64,000 nt of DNA from an uncultured Candidatus Saccharibacteria bacterium (GTDB lineage Bacteria > Patescibacteriota > Minisyncoccia > Minisyncoccales > MHMH01), in the NCBI GenBank assembly GCA_964568775.1, contig CAZMQW010000004.1, forward strand, positions 164 to 64,163, written 5' to 3'. The notes under the pieces were generated by a model. The model saw only the letters and a list, made by a program, of their open reading frames with translations. It did not search any database and was not told the DNA's origin. Shown here piece by piece: positions 52,065 through 59,005 of this stretch; the stretch's first letter is position 1, and the number at the start of each line of letters is the position of its first letter. The position numbers and the translations under genes were made by a program.

Positions 52065-52367
52065 TCACGAAAAAAGCAATACCGCCGGTTCGAGACTAAA
52101 AAACCTTGAATAAAATAAAAAGTGGGTCGGTGTTACCGCTCCACTTCTCTTGAAAACTAAGGGACCTGCCCTTTCCAGCTTCTTCCAGGCTTCTAACTCT
52201 TTTTGATGTCTTTCTTCTATTCTGGCGTCTACCGCAATTGCATAGTTCATTTCAAACTGACGGAGCTTTTCATGGTCAATCGGTTCGGTAAACTGAATGG
52301 CGGAACCGCATATTCTTACCGCCGAACCCTCTTTAACTGCTTCCTGACAAGCCTTAGCAAGATTCAT
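52065..52367 (-). CDS. hypothetical protein (100 aa)
   Basis: SD taaGGAGGtattaacaATG. Confidence 0.5.
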   Translation of the reverse strand: MNLAKACQEAVKEGSAVRICGSAIQFTEPIDHEKLRQFEMNYAIAVDARIEERHQKELEAWKKLERAGPLVFKRSGAVTPTHFLFYSRFFSLEPAVLLFS

Positions 52368-52417
52368 TGTTAATACCTCCTTATAATAGGTCTAATTCTA
52401 TAATGCGCTTTATAATT

Positions 52418-52453
52418 GAAAAATCAAGTCCGGCCGGAATTATATTGCAAGGC
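52418..52453 (-). repeat. island intergenic element, copy g (variant)
   Basis: Plus strand: gaaaaatcaagtccggccggaattatattgcaagg. Confidence 0.45.
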
Positions 52454-52514
52454 TGTTTTCAAAAAGAAAACGCCCCAGGGAAGGGACGCTTCCTGTCGGA
52501 TCGACCCCGAGCAT

Positions 52515-52859
52515 TTAGATCCCCTTCTTTTCCTTGTCGTACTTTCTCCAAGCTTCGGCGATAGACGGCTCAACTTTGTCCAGCTCCGCCAGGGTCTTTT
52601 CCCTGAGTTCCGAGGTGGTTATCTCTTCTTGGCTCTCAGCCAGCTGGATTATGGTTGAGGCCACCTGCTCGGCCACTTCGTTCTTCCTCTCCTCCGGCAG
52701 ATCGGCTTCGCGGGCGGCGGCCAGGATTGAATTCTTTATTTTTTCGGGGGCAAAGGGCTGCCTTATCCCGTCTTTTTTAGTAACTTCTTTAGCCATAATG
52801 GATGAATATTTGTTTAATTTAGAACTGCGACCTTTTTTGAGAATACTTAATTTTCCCAT
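52515..52859 (-). CDS. stand-alone ATP-cone domain protein (start uncertain: 52859 or 52796)
   Basis: VTKKDGIRQPFAPEKIKNSILAAAREADL...EITTSELRE resembles the ATP-cone of NrdR and RNR. Confidence 0.55.
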   Translation of the reverse strand: MGKLSILKKGRSSKLNKYSSIMAKEVTKKDGIRQPFAPEKIKNSILAAAREADLPEERKNEVAEQVASTIIQLAESQEEITTSELREKTLAELDKVEPSIAEAWRKYDKEKKGI

Positions 52860-52916
52860 TTTATGGCCTTCCTGTCAAAATAAAAAGCCCCGCAATTTAC
52901 GTTTTGAGAAACGGGG

Positions 52917-53237
52917 CTAAACCAGAACTTCCGTGCTGGCTTCCAGCGTATTAAACCTTTTTTGTTTTTTTAACTTATTAAGCTTCTGTCCTTCTAAAAG
53001 CCAGGTGAAAATGTCGTAGACCGGTGATTGCTGCCCTTCGAGAATTATCTCTAAATATTGAAAGGATCTTTCCTGCCCGAGGATTGTCTCCGGCTCTTGG
53101 CTTGAAGTAGTGCTAATAATGCAGGAAACGCGGCCTTTGGTAGATTCTTCTTTTATTAATTGTTCAAGGTTCTTGTTTAAAGCTTCCGTTTTGATGTTGA
53201 TCTTAAGCCTGATTTTCGCTTTGCCGCTGCCAGCCAT
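52917..53237 (-). CDS. hypothetical protein (106 aa)
   Basis: I chose the start at MAGSGKAK, after the SD aaaaGGAGGtgagcggaATG. Confidence 0.5.
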   Translation of the reverse strand: MAGSGKAKIRLKINIKTEALNKNLEQLIKEESTKGRVSCIISTTSSQEPETILGQERSFQYLEIILEGQQSPVYDIFTWLLEGQKLNKLKKQKRFNTLEASTEVLV

Positions 53238-53277
53238 TCCGCTCACCTCCTTTTGATACAAATTAGCAGGAATCACT

Positions 53278-53297
53278 GAAAAGTCAAGGTTATAAAA
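53278..53297 (-). repeat. island intergenic element, copy h (promoter-proximal part only)
   Basis: Plus strand: gaaaagtcaaggttataaaa. Confidence 0.3.
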
Positions 53298-53359
53298 ACA
53301 AATTTAAAAGGAGCCTGCAACGAGACAGACTCCTCAACTTATTAAACTCTTGATTCTCC

Positions 53360-54544
53360 TTAATAGGACACGGCTGCTTCTTTGAATGCAGCTTCGATGT
53401 CTTCTTGCAAGGCCGGGATATCAGCCACTACTGAATAACGGATGTAGTCGCCGAAATGGACTCCGACAGCGCCGGTCTTTTCAATCATGGCGAAGTTGAA
53501 GTCTTCGGAACTCTGTATTTCCCGTCCAAGTGCTTCTTTGGGCGTCTGCCAGAACGTATAGAAAGTGGAATGTGGCTCAACTACTAATCTCATGCCGTAT
53601 ATCTTCAGCAGATTAATCAGCAACTGCCGTTTGTCCCGGTAAGCCCTAACGCACCGGCCTATGCCTTCTTGGTCATTCCTGATGGTATTGAGCACTCCGG
53701 CCGCCATAGCCGAGACAAAACCGCTATCGGTATTGCCCTTAATGGTTTTGAGGTTGCCGATGAAGTCGGGCGAACCGGCCATGGCGCCGACCCGCCAGCC
53801 GGTACCGTTAGCGATCAGTTTTGAGGCCGAATAACCGGTTATCCATGACAGCTTCGGGAAGTGAGGCGCCACATCGGTCAAGGAACAGTTCTCGGGGCCG
53901 AAGTTATGGGACAGGTAAGCTTCGTCATCGAATATCCTTATTCCTTCCTGGGCGCAGAAATCGCAAAGTTCTTTCCACCAGTTGAAGTCAACCGTCTGGC
54001 CGCTCGGGTTGTGGCCGCCGTAATTGAGCATTAGCAGGTTGACGCCCGGCTCAATGTCGTTAACGGAAAAACGGAAAGAGTTTTCCGGATTAAGCGGCAA
54101 TTCCTGTACCGGCACTCTTAGATAACGACACCAGTCCTTGGGTGTGGGATAGCCGGGGAAGGTCATGGCCGCGACCTTAACAGGTCTGCCGTCAAGGTAC
54201 GAACCGCAGGCCAAAGGAATTAACCCCAGCATTGCCTTAATGCCCGGTATGGGTAAAAAGTCCGCGTCTATATCAGATAAAGGTACGCTGGTGTGATACT
54301 GAGCGAACTCCTTGGCAAAGTGAGGTAGGGGCGGACAACCGTTGTCCGCATATTCGTGCCACACCTCTTCCTTGCTTTTGATCGCGTTTGACGCTTTCAG
54401 TCTGGCGCTCCAGAGAGCGGGACCGGTCGGCTGACCGATAGAAAGTTTAATGGGTTTTATCCCCTGCGCTACTGCTTCATTTGTCTTTTCTTTAATTCTC
54501 TGGAATAGGTTTTCTCCTCCGGGTGGTAACCATGATGGTAACAT
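53360..54544 (-). CDS. class I/II PLP-dependent aminotransferase (LL-diaminopimelate-aminotransferase-like; specificity unknown)
   Basis: HNPSG and the PLP-lysine context YSASK. ~394 aa. SD aaaaaGGAGGtatgtaagATG. Confidence 0.75.
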   Translation of the reverse strand: MLPSWLPPGGENLFQRIKEKTNEAVAQGIKPIKLSIGQPTGPALWSARLKASNAIKSKEEVWHEYADNGCPPLPHFAKEFAQYHTSVPLSDIDADFLPIPGIKAMLGLIPLACGSYLDGRPVKVAAMTFPGYPTPKDWCRYLRVPVQELPLNPENSFRFSVNDIEPGVNLLMLNYGGHNPSGQTVDFNWWKELCDFCAQEGIRIFDDEAYLSHNFGPENCSLTDVAPHFPKLSWITGYSASKLIANGTGWRVGAMAGSPDFIGNLKTIKGNTDSGFVSAMAAGVLNTIRNDQEGIGRCVRAYRDKRQLLINLLKIYGMRLVVEPHSTFYTFWQTPKEALGREIQSSEDFNFAMIEKTGAVGVHFGDYIRYSVVADIPALQEDIEAAFKEAAVSY

Positions 54545-54560
54545 CTTACATACCTCCTTT

Positions 54561-55865
54561 TTATTTACTTGGTTTCAGGATGTCCTTTTCGAATTCCAGC
54601 GTGGCGAAGAGGTCCTCAATCGTTTCGGCTCGCCGGATCAGTTCAACGCTGCCGTCGGGGTGCAGTAACAGCTCTTTGATTCTCAACCAACCGTTGTAGT
54701 TGGAACACATGCCGGGACTGTGCGCGCCAACGTCGTGCTGAAGCATAAAGTCGTTAACTTCGGTATTCTTGGGCAGAAGTCTGCGTTTGGCGAAATAGTC
54801 GTTGTCTTCACAAAGCGATCCGTGGACGTTAAACACTCCCTGGCTACCTTTTTTGCATTCTTTAAGCCGGCAGTCAGAATCAAGGATATCAATATGATGA
54901 TAAGCTGTCTTGGGATAAACGGCCGGTCGCGGGTTAGCTGCCAAAGTACAGGTGTCAACGCCAATTAGCTTATGGTATTTTTTTGTGCGTTGAATCACTC
55001 TAGCTACCAAGGCGCCATGGGGGCCGGTCATTAAACGACCGCACTCCATAAACAATCTCGGTGCATACCCGTGCTTCTCTTTGAACTTATACAGCAGCTT
55101 TCCAGATTCTCTGGCCAGGCCCGGCAAATTGAATGGTTTTTCGCTGGGGCGATAAGGAATGCCGATTCCGCCCCCGATATTGAAAAACTCAAATTTGATA
55201 TTGAGTGCTTCGGAAACCATTTCAATAACCTGTAACAACATCTTGACCGTTTGCACCATGTAACGAAGCCTCCGTTCGTTGGATATTATCATGGTGTGTA
55301 TGCCGACATGCTTGGCTCCCCTCTCAATCGCCCGGCGGTACGCCTCAACGATATTCTCATGAGGAACGCCGTATTTAGAATCATACGGATTGCCAATAAA
55401 TCCGGTACCGGTGCGCCGCTTGCCCGGGTTATACCTGAAGCAGATGAGCTTGGGAAACTTCAGCACTCTGTCAATCATTTCTTCCGCATCCAGATTCAGA
55501 ATGCAACCGCCGTCAGCCGCCGCCAACTCAAATAACTCATCAGAAGTATTGTTTGAGGTCAGCATTAAGTGGGTGGGCGGTATCTTTTGCTCGCGCATTG
55601 ATATCAGCTCTGACGGAGAACTGCAGTCAAACCCGAAATCCTGCTCCTGGTACATCAATCTGGCTATTACCGAAGCATTGGGCCAGGCTTTGACAGCGTA
55701 GTATTCTTGGAAGCCGAAGATAGGATCCTGGAAACAGGCTTTCAATATTCTCGCTTCGTCACGTATCCCCTGTACATCGAAAATGCGAAAGGGCGTGCCG
55801 TAATGCTGGATAACTTCTGGCAGAACTGGCAACAGACGTTCTTTGAACGCTTTTGACATAGGCAT
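54561..55865 (-). CDS. fold-type III PLP decarboxylase (diaminopimelate/ornithine/carboxynorspermidine decarboxylase family)
   Basis: YAVKAW (PLP Lys), GGGIGIPY, CEDND, and HDVGAHSPGMCSNYNG. Confidence 0.8.
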   Translation of the reverse strand: MPMSKAFKERLLPVLPEVIQHYGTPFRIFDVQGIRDEARILKACFQDPIFGFQEYYAVKAWPNASVIARLMYQEQDFGFDCSSPSELISMREQKIPPTHLMLTSNNTSDELFELAAADGGCILNLDAEEMIDRVLKFPKLICFRYNPGKRRTGTGFIGNPYDSKYGVPHENIVEAYRRAIERGAKHVGIHTMIISNERRLRYMVQTVKMLLQVIEMVSEALNIKFEFFNIGGGIGIPYRPSEKPFNLPGLARESGKLLYKFKEKHGYAPRLFMECGRLMTGPHGALVARVIQRTKKYHKLIGVDTCTLAANPRPAVYPKTAYHHIDILDSDCRLKECKKGSQGVFNVHGSLCEDNDYFAKRRLLPKNTEVNDFMLQHDVGAHSPGMCSNYNGWLRIKELLLHPDGSVELIRRAETIEDLFATLEFEKDILKPSK

Positions 55866-55916
55866 AGTCTTTATCTCCCTTCCTTTATTTTTTACTTAAA
55901 GTGCTTATATATTAAA

Positions 55917-55973
55917 AGGAGGGTTAATCCTCCTGCTAATTCTGTATATTAATCAGATAAATGGATTAGTCAA
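55917..55973 (-). promoter_or_regulatory. promoter plus SD/anti-SD-like leader hairpin of the decarboxylase-aminotransferase operon
   Basis: On minus: TTGACT (55973-55968), 16 nt, TAATAT (55951-55946). In the leader, AGGAGG gattaa/ttaatc CCTCCT (55917-55934) is followed by TTTTAAT. Confidence 0.45.
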
Positions 55974-56011
55974 CCCCTCCTGATCTTAGTCTTTTTTTTC
56001 TTGGTAATTGC

Positions 56012-56039
56012 TTGACATATTTGGAATAAAGAGTATAAT
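56012..56039 (+). promoter_or_regulatory. consensus sigma70 promoter
   Basis: TTGACA (56012-56017), 16 nt, TATAAT (56034-56039). Divergent from the promoter at 55946-55973. Confidence 0.55.
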
Positions 56040-56143
56040 GAAAGCAGATTAGTAAGTCGAGGTATCTTAGTTTTATTAATTAAGTATGGCGGCTTAAGAG
56101 TCACAAAGGTCGCTATTTATTTTTAACCAAAAACCATCAGAAC

Positions 56144-56332
56144 ATGGAATTCAAGAAATTTGGCGACAGGCCCAAAAGAGATTTTGCCCCCAGAGAAATG
56201 GTTAAAGGAAGCTGGAAATGCGCCGACTGCGGTGCTGAAATAACCGAGCTTCCGTTTGAACCATCTGGCGACAGGCCGATCTATTGCCGGGACTGTCATT
56301 CTAAGCGAAGAGCCCAAAGATTTGGACGCTAA
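56144..56332 (+). CDS. small CxxC-x17-CxxC zinc-ribbon protein (62 aa)
   Basis: WKCADCGAEITELPFEPSGDRPIYCRDCH. Confidence 0.65.
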   Translation: MEFKKFGDRPKRDFAPREMVKGSWKCADCGAEITELPFEPSGDRPIYCRDCHSKRRAQRFGR

Positions 56333-56345
56333 GCTAGAAATCAAA

Positions 56346-56372
56346 AACCCGCCGGAATCCGGCGGGTTTTTG
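56346..56372. terminator. bidirectional intrinsic terminator
   Basis: ACCCGCCGG (56347-56355) pairs with CCGGCGGGT (56359-56367), with an A-run before and a T-run after. Confidence 0.8.
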
Positions 56373-56377
56373 TATCG

Positions 56378-56535
56378 TCCGACGAAAAGTTCAAGAAATT
56401 AAAAGATGGCGGTGTAAACCGCCACGTCTATTACTTCTGCGCAAAGACAAAAAATATTAACTGCAAGAATCCGGCTATCAACGAAACGAATTGGTCGGGC
56501 TGATGGATAAAATCGACTTGGACGAGCAAAATTGA
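56378..56535 (+). pseudogene. decayed fragment of a large serine recombinase (zinc-ribbon/coiled-coil region), frameshifted
   Basis: SDEKFKKLKDGGVNRHVYYFCAKTKNINCKNPAINE, then after a frame change ELVGLMDKIDLDEQN*. There is no start codon and no catalytic domain. Confidence 0.4.
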
Positions 56536-56544
56536 TGTGTTTTT

Positions 56545-56573
56545 AGTATACAATTTATTTATTATTTTGTCAA
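56545..56573 (-). promoter_or_regulatory. orphan promoter firing antisense across the recombinase fragment
   Basis: On minus: taaatccTTGACA (56573-56568), 17 nt, TATACT (56550-56545). The next terminator on this strand is at 56346-56372. Confidence 0.4.
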
Positions 56574-56602
56574 GGATTTAAGCTTTTAATGAAATCAGAG
56601 GC

Positions 56603-56654
56603 AAAATAAAAGAGGGCTGGGACTTAATTCGCTTTCGCGAACAAATCCCAACCC
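56603..56654 (-). terminator. intrinsic terminator
   Basis: On minus: GGGTTGGGA...TCCCAGCCC followed by tcTTTTATTTT. Confidence 0.6.
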
Positions 56655-56683
56655 TTATATTGTATTTACAGTCAGTACCAACT

Positions 56684-57496
56684 TTACTTAATCAGTTTTC
56701 TGAGTCTTATCACTTTCCAGCCAACCAAGCCAAGCGATACCACCAAGGCAAAGAGAACACAGGCCACACCTTCAAACATAGAGATGTATTCATGTCTTAC
56801 CCGTTGGATGTAAGCCGTCAGGTTATTGAAATCAGTTACCCGGGCTGTCTCCAAAACTTGAATCTGGGCATTAAGCTGGGCAGTCTGGCTGTCTACAGTT
56901 CGCTGGTTAACATCAACGCGGTAGGACAAATCATCAATGGATTGCTCGTTGATTGCTATGTGTGTCTCGGCTCCGTAGACAACTTTGTCCATTATCTTTT
57001 CGTCCTCTTGTTCGCTCTCCTTTGTGACAATCGCCAATCGGAGACCAAGCTTATCTAATCTCGCTGTTAGTTGGGTAGTTTGGTTATCTAAGGTTTGTTT
57101 CCCAATAATCAACTTGGTGATTGCATCCATTGATAACCCTGTAAGTTCCCGTAGTTCAGCTATCTGGCCTTCGATTCTCGGTCCTATTCCTGTAATCTTC
57201 CAGTAGTAGACGTAATCATACATTCCATTACCATTCATATGTTGAATGATATATTGGTTCATCTGGTCCTGAACAACCGCCACTTGCTGTTGACTGGCCA
57301 TTGGCGCTCCGTTGATGTCAAATGATACATCACCGCCGGCATTTATGTCAACGTCGAAGTCCACATCGCCAGGGGTCACTACGGCCACATCAACGTCTAC
57401 GCCTGGTGGCGGATCATCAGCAAATGCGGGCACGCTTACCCCTAAACATACTACCAGTACCAGGAGAACGGCTAGACTTTTTAATAGGTGTTTCAT
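56684..57496 (-). CDS. secreted, C-terminally anchored coiled-coil protein (270 aa)
   Basis: Start at MKHLLKSLAVLL after the SD gaaaGGAGGttgttgtATG. Signal peptide, (V/I)D(V/F)D repeats, Q-rich heptad-like region, and a terminal TM segment plus RLRKLIK. Confidence 0.6.
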   Translation of the reverse strand: MKHLLKSLAVLLVLVVCLGVSVPAFADDPPPGVDVDVAVVTPGDVDFDVDINAGGDVSFDINGAPMASQQQVAVVQDQMNQYIIQHMNGNGMYDYVYYWKITGIGPRIEGQIAELRELTGLSMDAITKLIIGKQTLDNQTTQLTARLDKLGLRLAIVTKESEQEDEKIMDKVVYGAETHIAINEQSIDDLSYRVDVNQRTVDSQTAQLNAQIQVLETARVTDFNNLTAYIQRVRHEYISMFEGVACVLFALVVSLGLVGWKVIRLRKLIK

Positions 57497-57627
57497 ACAA
57501 CAACCTCCTTTCTTATATATTTTTTTCGGTTTGCCATTCGTTTTCAAGCATCATCTCCTTATCGGTCGTTATTTTTATGTTAAAGGGCTAATTACCCTGT
57601 TAAAAAGGGAATAATTATCAATGTTTA

Positions 57628-57656
57628 ATTTTAACACACCAGAGAGTTTCTGTCAA
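57628..57656 (-). promoter_or_regulatory. promoter of the 56684 gene
   Basis: On minus: taaatccTTGACA, 17 nt (gaaactctctggtgtgt), TAAAAT. Confidence 0.5.
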
Positions 57657-57667
57657 GGATTTAAAAA

Positions 57668-57708
57668 GAAGAAGGGCTGGAATGAATTGAATCGATTCCA
57701 GCCCTTTT
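57668..57708 (-). terminator. intrinsic terminator
   Basis: GGGCTGGAAT (57674-57683) pairs with ATTCCAGCCC (57695-57704). A T-rich run follows on minus. Confidence 0.7.
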
Positions 57709-57760
57709 GAAGTTATTTGCTTCTTGGAAAGCTCGGGGAGCAAATTTCCCGGGTGCTAGT

Positions 57761-58645
57761 TTACCATGCCTTTGTCGAAAAATCAGGCATACTGAAGTTG
57801 CTGACAAAGTCGGCGACGATGTTGAGCATGGCACCGAAACCAGTATCAGTAGCTGTTATCGTGGGAAGACCACTGACGTCAAGACTACCTAGCCAGTTAA
57901 AGGCACCGCTGGTGGAGCCTGTCATCGAAATGTTATTGAATGTGACTCCGTTGTTGCCAAGGCCGTAGAGATTGAATGTGCCGATACCTACTGCGTTAAA
58001 GTCAGCATTCGTGTAGCAACCACAACCTTCACCTAATCTTACCTGTCCTGCGCTGGCTTCTGCGTTCATGCAGTCAAGATCAGCATCCCCGGTACCGCCA
58101 GCCCATAGACCGGCGAAATTAACATTGCCGCTGTCCATGGATCTCTCAAGGTAATAGCTGTCTGCACCGGTTACAGTGATATGGTCGTTGGCATTCCATC
58201 CGTAGTTACAGTCCTTCATGCTGGCATAATTGGTCGCAGATCTGTTCTGGAGAGTAGCCGAGCCATTCATAATCTCAACGTAGGTATAGGAGTTCTGTCC
58301 GGCCGCGCCATAAGAAGTTTTGGCGTCTGTCCTCTCTACGTTCAGCGAAGCTTGACCAAAACCGGTGATGGCGGTTTCCAGGGTAAAGGAGTTTGAATCA
58401 ACGCCATAGTTGTAGGGATTATCGTTGCTGTCGGTAGCATGGAATTCGCCCACATGATTGCTGCCCCCAGAATGGAAGTTCGCGTTAGCGTCTCCGGTGT
58501 CAACCGTCCCATCAACAATTCCTGCTCCGCCCCAGGTTACATCCACCTGCGTTGGGTCAGCGGCCAGGACGGCGCCGGTAAGAGCCGTCGTCATCAGGAT
58601 AACCAGGGTAAGTGTACTAAGAATCCTGAAAAGTCCTTTTTTCAT
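57761..58645 (-). CDS. secreted Gly/Asn/Thr/Ser-rich protein (294 aa), unknown family
   Basis: SD aaGGAGaaGGAGaataaggaaATG. Signal peptide ending VLAADP. Beta-rich composition. Confidence 0.6.
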   Translation of the reverse strand: MKKGLFRILSTLTLVILMTTALTGAVLAADPTQVDVTWGGAGIVDGTVDTGDANANFHSGGSNHVGEFHATDSNDNPYNYGVDSNSFTLETAITGFGQASLNVERTDAKTSYGAAGQNSYTYVEIMNGSATLQNRSATNYASMKDCNYGWNANDHITVTGADSYYLERSMDSGNVNFAGLWAGGTGDADLDCMNAEASAGQVRLGEGCGCYTNADFNAVGIGTFNLYGLGNNGVTFNNISMTGSTSGAFNWLGSLDVSGLPTITATDTGFGAMLNIVADFVSNFSMPDFSTKAW

Positions 58646-58863
58646 TTCCTTATTCTCCTTCTCTCCTTAGTTTTGATTTCGCTTGCGCGAGCTAAGAAGA
58701 AAATATATCAACCAGTCTTTACTGGGTAATTTTCTCTTATAGGCATCACTTCCTTTTATTCATAACTTTCTAACTTTCCGTATTATCTTGTTAAGAAACT
58801 GTAATTAATTACTTAAAAATTGGGGGATACCATCCTTAATAATGGTTCCTCCAATAATAACAA

Positions 58864-58892
58864 AGGTTAACACATCCAGAAAATCTTGTCAA
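58864..58892 (-). promoter_or_regulatory. candidate promoter of the 57761 gene (leaves a ~215-nt 5' UTR)
   Basis: On minus: cTTGACA, 17 nt (agattttctggatgtgt), TAACCT. The spacer resembles that of the promoter at 57628-57656. Confidence 0.35.
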
Positions 58893-59005
58893 GCTCTCTC
58901 CATTACATAGATATATATTTAGCGAAACCAAGCAATCTTGTTAAATCCTTTCAATCCAATTCTTAGACAAATAAAAAGCCAAGTTTTTAGAAATCCTAAA
59001 ATTAT

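Noticed and set aside
52080-52140. GGTTCGAG string resembling a tRNA T-arm
   Set aside because: No acceptor, D or anticodon stems can be drawn around it, and it lies inside the minus-strand ORF 52065..52367.
45896-53297. Island cassettes considered as an integron gene-cassette array with attC sites
   Set aside because: There is no intI-type integrase adjacent. The repeats lack the RYYYAAC/GTTRRRY attC ends. Each gene has its own promoter-like element and terminator, unlike promoterless integron cassettes.
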